Positions 7,656-15,240 of a DNA stretch of 17,733 nucleotides are shown in pieces. Each line of letters opens with the position of its first letter. Positions within the stretch are counted from its first letter, which is position 1. The position numbers and the translations under genes were made by a program. The notes beneath the pieces are model-generated. The model did no database searches. It saw only the letters and a list, made by a program, of their open reading frames with translations, and was not told the origin of the DNA. Location: assembly GCA_050250255.1 (NCBI GenBank), contig JBFWOZ010000054.1, positions 1-17,733 on the forward strand, written 5' to 3'. This stretch comes from Bdellovibrionales bacterium (GTDB lineage: Bacteria > Bdellovibrionota > Bdellovibrionia > Bdellovibrionales > DASUEL01).

Positions 7656-7686
7656 GAAATCGTGGCGATAATGTAGAAATCGTGGC
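7656..7686. repeat. 11-bp direct repeat GAAATCGTGGC x2, 20-bp period; candidate regulator site
   Basis: Exact copies at 7656-7666 and 7676-7686, in the divergent intergenic region 21 bp upstream of the CHAD-like start. Confidence 0.6.
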
Positions 7687-7834
7687 CAAAGTGCAAAGAA
7701 CTTAAACACTTTGAATCTTTTGTCGTGAAATATTTTTACTAACCTGTTCGGTTTGACGACAGTGGGGTGGGAATGGAAGATGTCCAAGAATTAAGGTTTA
7801 ATTGGCCTTCAAATTGGGGACAAATTTTTTGAAA

Positions 7835-9106
7835 ATGCAATTTCTTAAAGCCAAAGAGTTCGTCTGCGCTTTTTTAATATTCAGTCTTGTGGTGAGCCCA
7901 TTGGCACAGGCGGAGCAACAGATTTCTTGTCTATCAGTCATGGCTCCAGGATCCACCACATCTCCAAATTCGCAGTCCTTATCTCAAAAAACATTACGAT
8001 TAGAACGTGATACACTCATAGAAAATGCTGAAGTTCGCGGAGAAACATTTAATCAAGCTCTTCTTAAGCTTTTCCAGATGGCAGGTTCAGTCGCTAATTT
8101 TACTCAACTTGTGCGAGAGACAGAAAAGAAGGGGGAGTTTAAATTAGCCATACCTCTTTCAAAGAACGAAACGATTGAATTAGATTATGTCGTGGAAAGT
8201 CGTTTTCAATCAAAGCGAACTGGCTTGCTTAAAAAAATTAGCCTAATCTATGGAAATCAGGAGGTTTTAGTTTTGGCTGAAAAGCCTGTGAATAAAGATG
8301 TCACAGAATTCACGACCTCTGAACTCAAATGGGAAGATGCCATGAGCATAGAAGGGCGAGTTGGATCTATTACCATACCCATTACGATTCCTTCTCGGCT
8401 GCTGGAGAAGTACATAAATTGGACTGAAGGGTTTGTAGCCGCATCAGCAGTTGAGCTCAGAAAGTTTGACACTAATGCAGACCGCCGCTGGCTGTGGGTT
8501 AAGTATGCAGGTCATTATCTTAAAGACTTAATTACGAAGCGATTTGAAAAGGAGTTGGTGCGTAACCTATTCCAAATCGGATTTCTTGCGTTAGTAGGTT
8601 ATAGTGGTTTTTTGTTGGGTTCAGGTAACTCAAAAGAGGAACAAACGATTGATTGGAGCCTGGTAGATAAACATAAAATCAATTTCGCCGAATTACTTAA
8701 TCTCTTTTCTCCCGACTGGAAGAATTCAGCTCCTGCTATCGTACAAACGCTAGCAAAAGTCTCTAAAGAGAATCCTTCTCCTGCGGTATTAGATCTTGCG
8801 ATTGGTTATGGAGATACCCAAAAACTCATCGCGTATTATGCCCAAAAAGTAGGTGCGCAAGAGAATGGTGTTCTTAAGTTTTATTCAGACGCTTCGCCCG
8901 TACCGTTAGATTTTGATCATGGCCAATCTGTCACAGAGTTTCCAGCGCTCGGTATTTTAGTTGTTACGGATTTAATCTTGGAACTAGAAAAAGAAAAAAG
9001 TACGATGAGCCTTGTGATCAATCAAAAAAGAGAGCCAGAGTTATACAAACTTATCGCTGACGCTCTGGCGAAGAAAAAAAGCCCTGCGTCTACTGTGACC
9101 CCTTAA
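7835..9106 (+). CDS. Hypothetical exported protein with one internal transmembrane segment
   Basis: Long ORF with a signal peptide (FVCAFLIFSLVVSPLAQA) and a hydrophobic segment LFQIGFLALVGYSGFLLG. No family recognised. ATG 7835 is preferred over TTG 7802. Confidence 0.75.
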   Translation: MQFLKAKEFVCAFLIFSLVVSPLAQAEQQISCLSVMAPGSTTSPNSQSLSQKTLRLERDTLIENAEVRGETFNQALLKLFQMAGSVANFTQLVRETEKKGEFKLAIPLSKNETIELDYVVESRFQSKRTGLLKKISLIYGNQEVLVLAEKPVNKDVTEFTTSELKWEDAMSIEGRVGSITIPITIPSRLLEKYINWTEGFVAASAVELRKFDTNADRRWLWVKYAGHYLKDLITKRFEKELVRNLFQIGFLALVGYSGFLLGSGNSKEEQTIDWSLVDKHKINFAELLNLFSPDWKNSAPAIVQTLAKVSKENPSPAVLDLAIGYGDTQKLIAYYAQKVGAQENGVLKFYSDASPVPLDFDHGQSVTEFPALGILVVTDLILELEKEKSTMSLVINQKREPELYKLIADALAKKKSPASTVTP

Positions 9107-9110
9107 TCTA

Positions 9111-10016
9111 TTAAGAAAAAATCAGCGGTAAAGTCACTCGGGTAGGTTTGCTCGCCTTCGGGAACGAAAATCTTTTTATTTTCTCACCGATACGCCTAAG
9201 ATCTTTTTGTATTTCACGTGAGGAAACATTCGGACCTTTCAAATTGTTAGTCGGAAGAAAAACTTTATTCACTTTTCCTGAGCTACTAACATGAAACCTG
9301 AGAACGAGAGCGCCTCTTAATGCACTTAATATTTGAAGTTCCGAAGAGATTTCTTCAAGAAGGATCTGAAGAGAACGAGTCGCTACAGAGCGAGTGAGTC
9401 CTCCTTCTACGTAAGGTTCTGGTTTTTTAAACCATCCATGAATTACGAGTCGCGCCTGAAGGGGATCTTTTGTGCCACTCACGATAGAAACGCCATGGGG
9501 CGACCTGGGGTCAAAAACCACAAGGCGGTTAAAAAGTGCCGGTACTTTGTGAAAAACTTGTTTGCTCTCAAGACCGTTAAAAGAATCGAAATGGCTCCAA
9601 TAGTTTAAAATCTCGTCTTTTAATATGAGAGTTTCCCCACCTCTAAACTCCCTGCGACTCCATTGGGTCAGCGAATATACAAAGGCCCAAGGGCCGTGCG
9701 GAATATCTGCATGGAGATTTTGTGAGCACCCATCCACATAATAGCTAAGCCAAGGAGGGGTGATATCAAAACATCCTAGTTGTTCGCGGCCGAATTGGAG
9801 AATTGCTCTGTGAAGTTGTTCGTAAGCTTTTTTTGTGAAGTAGTGATAGGCTGGCGTTCGAAAAAAAGTGTATTGGTCTTCTACATGCCAGTAGTCCCAC
9901 ACAAATCTTTTGGAATGAGTCTCTAGGGGATTGGAAAAATGGTTTTCAAACTCTTGACGTAGGTTTTTAGCTCCAGAAAAAAAACGATCTTGTATGAGAA
10001 GAGAAGGGTTTTTCAT
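9111..10016 (-). CDS. 2OG-Fe(II) oxygenase (prolyl-hydroxylase-like) with a C-terminal TonB-C/AgmX-like domain
   Basis: HxD (LHAD), FRGGET, FNRLVVFD..SPHGVS (distal His) and ARLVIHGWF (2OG-binding Arg). The last ~100 aa read GALVLRFHVSSSGKV...IKRFSFPK....VTLPLIF. Confidence 0.85.
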   Translation of the reverse strand: MKNPSLLIQDRFFSGAKNLRQEFENHFSNPLETHSKRFVWDYWHVEDQYTFFRTPAYHYFTKKAYEQLHRAILQFGREQLGCFDITPPWLSYYVDGCSQNLHADIPHGPWAFVYSLTQWSRREFRGGETLILKDEILNYWSHFDSFNGLESKQVFHKVPALFNRLVVFDPRSPHGVSIVSGTKDPLQARLVIHGWFKKPEPYVEGGLTRSVATRSLQILLEEISSELQILSALRGALVLRFHVSSSGKVNKVFLPTNNLKGPNVSSREIQKDLRRIGEKIKRFSFPKASKPTRVTLPLIFS

Positions 10017-10019
10017 TGT

Positions 10020-11693
10020 TTAGGACTTCTTCACTTTCTCAGCCCAATAATGAGCTTCTTCAAAGCAGGTTTCAAAGGCAGGTGTAAGCCAGTTGTCTTG
10101 CTCTACAAAAAAGAGTCGGTCTCGAAATGGTTTTCTGATAAGAGGAATCTTGCCGTTCGCAAATGCCCCTTTCTCACAAATAGGTATGGGATGTCCCCAG
10201 CGTGTGATTCGTAAACCTTCGAGTGAACGCACGGGAATGTTGAGCGCGGGGAGTATGTCTTTTTTAATCTGTTCATTAAATTGTGATTTGATTTGGTCAA
10301 AGGCATTCGGAGGGAAGAGTTCGGCGCGGCTACCCTCATAAGCTAATGGTTTATAGAGTGTTAGAATGCTCTGATCTTTATGACGTTGGGCAAAGTTCGC
10401 TAAAACAATGTCGGTCACGCCTTGTGCTTTTGCACGGCTACGGAGATCTTTTTGTTGAAACCGAGCGGCCGGCATAAAGAAAAGATCATAAAAGGAATCT
10501 TTGAGTGGCGGTTTGATCAGAATGTTTGCGACTAAATAGCTTCGATACTTGAGGGAGCGAATAGCGGCGAGCCTGTCTTCTTCTAAGTCTTGGACAACTT
10601 TAGCAACAACAAACTTGGGGCACGACATAACCGCTTTTTTGGCTTGAAGACATTTGGGTTTGCCATCTTGAACGTAGTAAATCAATACATGGTCGGCTTT
10701 CACTTCAACGTGAAAAACCAAACAGTTTGTGCGAAGTCGAGAACTGTGGCCTTCTCGCGCTAGTCGTTCGAGAATTTTTTCAGCGATAGCCGCGTTACCA
10801 CCTGGGCAAACAGCCAATGCACCAAATTCTGAAGCAAAAAAGTTGATTGCCATACTGGCGCTGATTTCCTCAGGGGAGGCGCCGGCTGAAGACCAGAAAA
10901 AGTTTTCGATGATGGCTTCTAAGTGCGGGTCAAGGGGTTCGTTTAGCACGCTTTGAACGTATTCTTTAAAATTCATTCTATCGAGCTCAGCGAGATGCTG
11001 ATATTCGCTATCGGAGGAGGATGGGATTTCGGGATATTTAATAACGCCACGATCATTATAGATATCTAAGAAGTGTGCATAGATTTTTTGAAACTGAGCT
11101 TTGTTTTTAGGATTGGTTCCGTTCTCCCAGACTTGCAAATATTTTTTTCCAGAAATCAAAACAGGATCGCCGCCTTCATGAAGTTTATAGAGTTTGTCGA
11201 CGCCCACTTCATTCAAGAATTGGGCAATAGGTGAGTCCTCTTCCGGTTCAACGAAATAAGCTGCGCCCAAACTAAAATCCAAACCTTTCCACGACTCGCC
11301 TTTTGAGTTACCACCAAATCGGGGTGCTTGCTCGAGTACCACAGGGTTTTGTTCGCTGAGTTCAAAGGCGGAGATGAGTCCGCTCATGCCACCACCAACA
11401 ATTGCCACGTTTGTTTGCTCAGTAGGCTCAGGCAGTTTTCCTAAAGATTTAATGTAACTTGTTTTATCCCATAGGATTTGGTGAGCGAGAGTGAAGTTAT
11501 CTCCCGTCATTTGCGAGCTTGAAAATTTGGAGAGAGTTCGGTCAATGGAACTATTCTTGGTAAGCCATTGGCTCTCTTTGGGTTCGAGAGGTAAAAGGCT
11601 TTGGGCTTGCTTCAATGTCTGTGTGCAGTTGGTGAGATAAATTGAAGCGCCGGATAGACTTGCAAGGCGAATGAACTCTCTTCGATTGAACAT
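10020..11693 (-). CDS. Tat-exported FAD-dependent oxidoreductase (flavin amine oxidase superfamily), possible lipoprotein
   Basis: Twin-arginine signal FNRREFI and a possible lipobox LTNC. FAD-binding VAIVGGGMSGL...LEQAPRFGGN, LGAAYF, and C-terminal RWGH and FEEA motifs. Confidence 0.88.
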   Translation of the reverse strand: MFNRREFIRLASLSGASIYLTNCTQTLKQAQSLLPLEPKESQWLTKNSSIDRTLSKFSSSQMTGDNFTLAHQILWDKTSYIKSLGKLPEPTEQTNVAIVGGGMSGLISAFELSEQNPVVLEQAPRFGGNSKGESWKGLDFSLGAAYFVEPEEDSPIAQFLNEVGVDKLYKLHEGGDPVLISGKKYLQVWENGTNPKNKAQFQKIYAHFLDIYNDRGVIKYPEIPSSSDSEYQHLAELDRMNFKEYVQSVLNEPLDPHLEAIIENFFWSSAGASPEEISASMAINFFASEFGALAVCPGGNAAIAEKILERLAREGHSSRLRTNCLVFHVEVKADHVLIYYVQDGKPKCLQAKKAVMSCPKFVVAKVVQDLEEDRLAAIRSLKYRSYLVANILIKPPLKDSFYDLFFMPAARFQQKDLRSRAKAQGVTDIVLANFAQRHKDQSILTLYKPLAYEGSRAELFPPNAFDQIKSQFNEQIKKDILPALNIPVRSLEGLRITRWGHPIPICEKGAFANGKIPLIRKPFRDRLFFVEQDNWLTPAFETCFEEAHYWAEKVKKS

Positions 11694-11704
11694 AAATTGT
11701 GTCC

Positions 11705-12682
11705 TTAGCTATAGTTGTGTTGTTCTAGTCGATTGTGTATTGCGTTCTCCAAAGATTTAAATCGGTCTCCTTGATGAGCGTCTCGATATTTTATCTTATC
11801 TAGAATATATTGATAGGTTCCCATCTTATATCTGGTCCATTCAGGTGCTAAAAGTTCATCCCAGCGATTTGACATGGCGCCAAGACGGTGAACGCGAACA
11901 CGCGGATGAAGATGTCGTAAAAAAAGGACCACTTTTTCCGCATATTCATCAAGCTCTATGGGTTGAAATTCCCCTGCCAAATAGAGTTTTTCTAAATGCG
12001 TGTTTTTCAATACGTGAAGATTGTGAAGTTTTACGTTATCGATAGGAAGGCTCGAGACTATTTCTGCGGTCTGGATGATCGTCTCTTCGGTTTCTCCGGG
12101 AGTACCAAAAATTAAATGAATTCCTAAGTCGAGATCGATCGTAGTTTTTATTTTCTTAATCGCTTCAATAGAATCTTGGACCGTGTGGCCTCGTTTCAAA
12201 AATTTCACCTGATCTTCAAAGAAACTTTGAACGCCCAGTTCGACGGATAGGTAGGTTTTTTGATGGAATTCCTTCCACAGATTAAGAACGGCAGGAGAAA
12301 TACAATCCGGTCTTGTTCCGACAATGATTCCTTGAATTTGGGGGTCGGAAAGGACGAGATCGAAATTTTGCTTGAGTTTAGGTAAGCCAATGAAGGTATT
12401 TGTGTAGGCTTGAAAGTAAGCCAGGAAGGTTTTTACTTTATATTTAGTGCCTAGAAATTCTTTGTATTTTACAATTTGTGAAGAGAGATCCATCTCTCGC
12501 TGTTCGATATAAGCAGCCGAGCCCCAAACATCACAAAACGCACAAGTTTCCATTCCCTTAAGACCTAAACGGTTAGGGCAATCCGTAGCGGTGCTGACGG
12601 GAATCTTTTGAACCTTTTCTCCAAAACGTTCCTTATAGTATTCGCTGATCGCGTAGTATCTCTTGGCCATGGGTTGTGACAT
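11705..12682 (-). CDS. yhcC: TIGR01212-family radical SAM protein (YhcC/YtqA; MnmL-like)
   Basis: Family-specific Cx11Cx2C motif (CPNRLGLKGMETCAFC), YFQAYTNT, GTRPDC, VELGVQS, RGH, HLIFG.PGE and VKLHNLHVLKNT. An alternative start at ATG 12670 has better RBS spacing. Confidence 0.93.
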   Translation of the reverse strand: MSQPMAKRYYAISEYYKERFGEKVQKIPVSTATDCPNRLGLKGMETCAFCDVWGSAAYIEQREMDLSSQIVKYKEFLGTKYKVKTFLAYFQAYTNTFIGLPKLKQNFDLVLSDPQIQGIIVGTRPDCISPAVLNLWKEFHQKTYLSVELGVQSFFEDQVKFLKRGHTVQDSIEAIKKIKTTIDLDLGIHLIFGTPGETEETIIQTAEIVSSLPIDNVKLHNLHVLKNTHLEKLYLAGEFQPIELDEYAEKVVLFLRHLHPRVRVHRLGAMSNRWDELLAPEWTRYKMGTYQYILDKIKYRDAHQGDRFKSLENAIHNRLEQHNYS

Positions 12683-12720
12683 CCTTTCTTTTTAGACGAA
12701 TCCACAGTAAATTGCACCTC

Positions 12721-13434
12721 ATGACTGAAGAAACGTCTGCAGAATCATCTATTCTTATAGTTCTTACTAGCGACGGAAGTCCCACCGCCCAATTTCATGC
12801 AGACGCTGAGCTTATGCACTCCAGCCATGGGGCATGGAGTGAAACAATCTATATTTATCAACCCGTTGTACAGCGGGTGTTAGATCAACAGAATCCTTTG
12901 ACCTTTCTTTCGGTGGGACTAGGGCTTGGGTATGTGGAAATGATGACCGCTGCAGAAATCTTTAAGAACAACAGGGATTTTCGAAATGTTGAAATTTTGA
13001 GTTTTGAAAATCACGAAGAATTGAGGCGAGAGTTTCAAAATTGGATTCAAAATAATTCTACTAAAAGCATTTTTGATCTTTCTTTGGAATGGGTGGCGCG
13101 AGCTTATGAGATAGAGCCGCAGGAGTTGAAACAAGCTTTAAGAGAACTTTATTTAGAGAATCGTTGGCGTGTGGAAAGAGAACTGGCGGATCTACCTGTG
13201 GCCACGCCATGTTCGGGAATTTTTTATGATGCTTTTAGCAAAAAAAGCGGTGAAACAATTTGGAGCGAAGAATTCCTGATTCAGTTTTTAAAAAAATATG
13301 CAGGGCCCGCATGTGCGTTTGCGACCTATGCTTCTACCTCGGCGCTCAAGCGCGCTCTTAAGGTCTCGGGGTTTTCTCTTATGGAAAAAACAGGTTTTAC
13401 GGGCAAGAGGGAGAGTACCTTCGCTGTTAAATAA
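12721..13434 (+). CDS. mnmD: Stand-alone MnmC methyltransferase domain protein (tRNA mnm5s2U34 methyltransferase, MnmD-like)
   Basis: TSDGSPT, HSSHGAWSETIYIY, SAM-binding motif VGLGLGY, FYDAFS....IWSEEFL, FATYA....KRAL...GF and GFTGKRE. No FAD oxidase domain is attached. Start at ATG 12721. Confidence 0.85.
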   Translation: MTEETSAESSILIVLTSDGSPTAQFHADAELMHSSHGAWSETIYIYQPVVQRVLDQQNPLTFLSVGLGLGYVEMMTAAEIFKNNRDFRNVEILSFENHEELRREFQNWIQNNSTKSIFDLSLEWVARAYEIEPQELKQALRELYLENRWRVERELADLPVATPCSGIFYDAFSKKSGETIWSEEFLIQFLKKYAGPACAFATYASTSALKRALKVSGFSLMEKTGFTGKRESTFAVK

Positions 13435-13436
13435 CA

Positions 13437-13685
13437 CTATTTTCGTGAAGAAATCGCATTGAACACAAAAAGTACAACCATCGCACCCAGTGTAGCCATA
13501 ATAAATCCTGCGGGGCTTCCTTCCGCATAAAATCCCAAAAAAGATCCTAGATAGGAGCCAACGACCGCCCCAAGGATACCGAGTAGGGTCGTAGCTATGA
13601 AGCCCATGTTATCTCGACCCGGCATAAAAAAACGAGCGGCGAGTCCAACAACAAAGCCAAAAATGATAAGACTGATAATTGCCAT
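13437..13685 (-). CDS. GlsB/YeaQ/YmgE family (transglycosylase-associated) small membrane protein, 82 aa
   Basis: IIFGFVVGLAARFFMPG...GFIATTLLGILGAVVGSYLG...GFIMATLGAMVVL gives three TM helices. Start at ATG 13685, downstream of a GGGGG RBS. Confidence 0.92.
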   Translation of the reverse strand: MAIISLIIFGFVVGLAARFFMPGRDNMGFIATTLLGILGAVVGSYLGSFLGFYAEGSPAGFIMATLGAMVVLFVFNAISSRK

Positions 13686-13868
13686 TTTGCCCCCATGTGT
13701 ACAATGCGCATTCTTGACGAAATATGCCATTTTTTTCAGAAAGTATGGAGTGATTAAATGACTCCAGTTTACACGCCTGGACGTTCGGCGCGTTTTATCT
13801 AGACTCTCTGAAGTTACATTGAGACCCTTGTGGGAGCTTCATAAGCTATTGATGGAAGAGGGAACCCA

Positions 13869-15224
13869 ATGAAAGCTTGCCAGCTTGTTTATTTTCTTTT
13901 GTCTCTATTTTTTTCAACCAAAATTTACGCCATCTCCATAGCGCCAATGCCGATGAAAGTTGTTGCGAGTAACGAACACAGCTGTGTTCTACTCGATAAC
14001 AAAAAGGTGAAGTGTTGGGGTATTAACGGAAACGGAGAGCTCGGGCTTGGAACGACCGCATCGCAGATGGGAAGTTTGCCGAATCAAATAGGCGATAATC
14101 TTCCTTACCTCAATCTTGGTACGGATGTGCTTGTCGAAGACATCCAGGCTGGAAATACCTTCACATGTGTACTTACGACAGCTAAAAAAGTGAAGTGTTG
14201 GGGGAATTCTGAAGGCGGGGCCTTAGGAAGCGGAAGCACGGTGGATGTAGGTCGTTCACTAGCCCAAATGGGAGATGGACTTCCATATTTAAACTTTGGA
14301 GCGACGGCACCCATTGCAGAAATGGCGATTGGTGTCTTTCAAAGTTGCGTGATTTTTGAAGACCAACGTATCAAATGTTGGGGTTACAACGACTACGGGC
14401 AGCTTGGTATTGGCAGTCTTAATAATATCGGTGATGCCGCAAACGAGATGGGCGACGCCCTCCCTTATACAAATTTGGGCATGAACGAAAAGGTCATAAA
14501 AGTCAGAATTGGCTATGAACATTCCTGCGCTCTTTTAAGTTCTCAGCGCATCAAATGTTGGGGAAGAAATCAATTTGGTCAGTTAGGTCTTGGCGACATG
14601 GTAAACCGTGGCTCTAGAATTACTGAGATGGGCGACGCTCTTCCTTACGTTGATTTGGGTGCAGGAGCCCTCGCAAAGGATGTGGTCGTTGGCTACAACA
14701 CCACTTGTGCGGTCTTGACTGACGACCGAGTGAAATGCTGGGGAGCTAATCAGTACGGCCAATTAGGTATTGGAAATACGGAAGCAAAAGGCACAAGCCC
14801 CACCCATATGGGTGATAACTTATTAACTACAGAGCTCGGAATTGGCTTGAATCCGCAGTCCATATTTTCTTTTGCACCAGGAGCTTTTTGTAGTCTTTTC
14901 ACAAATTTCACAATGAAGTGTTGGGGATGGAACCGGTCCGGCGCTTTGGGTCTCGGTGACGAGAACAATCGTGGCGATAATACTGGCGAAATGGGCGATA
15001 ATCTGCCATTTGTCTATTTAGGTCAGCGAACTGCGGTGTTGAACGTGTCTGTAGGTGGGGCACATGTTTGTGCGCTTATTAAGCAAATAGGACGTAGTCC
15101 AGGCGTGAAGTGTTGGGGCAATAATACGCGTGGTCAGTTGGGCTTGGGGGATGCTCTCGTACGGGGTACGACGGCAGATACTATGGGTGAAGCGTTACCG
15201 TACTTGAATTTCGGAACGAATTAG
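13869..15224 (+). CDS. Secreted RCC1/BLIP-II-like beta-propeller protein (7 repeats)
   Basis: Signal peptide ending in IYA. Seven ~60-aa repeats of the form C......KCWG.N..G.LG.G......G.....(M/I)G(D/E).L..L.(L/F)G; KCWG occurs 7 times. Confidence 0.93.
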   Translation: MKACQLVYFLLSLFFSTKIYAISIAPMPMKVVASNEHSCVLLDNKKVKCWGINGNGELGLGTTASQMGSLPNQIGDNLPYLNLGTDVLVEDIQAGNTFTCVLTTAKKVKCWGNSEGGALGSGSTVDVGRSLAQMGDGLPYLNFGATAPIAEMAIGVFQSCVIFEDQRIKCWGYNDYGQLGIGSLNNIGDAANEMGDALPYTNLGMNEKVIKVRIGYEHSCALLSSQRIKCWGRNQFGQLGLGDMVNRGSRITEMGDALPYVDLGAGALAKDVVVGYNTTCAVLTDDRVKCWGANQYGQLGIGNTEAKGTSPTHMGDNLLTTELGIGLNPQSIFSFAPGAFCSLFTNFTMKCWGWNRSGALGLGDENNRGDNTGEMGDNLPFVYLGQRTAVLNVSVGGAHVCALIKQIGRSPGVKCWGNNTRGQLGLGDALVRGTTADTMGEALPYLNFGTN

Positions 15225-15240
15225 TTTTTGGGGGAATTTC

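Noticed and set aside
10020..11693. FAD oxidoreductase as the split MnmC oxidase (MnmC1) domain
   Set aside because: It has a twin-arginine export signal and amine-oxidase-type motifs rather than DAO/glycine-oxidase-type motifs, and tRNA modification is cytoplasmic.
13735..13812. Hammerhead ribozyme or purine riboswitch interpretation of the three-way junction
   Set aside because: The topology is superficially similar, but the minus-strand junctions read CUAGAUAAA and UAAAC rather than CUGANGA and GAAA. The purine-riboswitch core and loop-loop nucleotides are also absent.
13869..15224. Recurrent DNA words (aagtgttgggg/aaatgttgggg, atgggcga) as a CRISPR array or DGR repeat
   Set aside because: They are the codons for the KCWG and MGD motifs of the RCC1 protein repeats, at ~180-nt period with synonymous variation. 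There are no cas or reverse-transcriptase genes in the window.
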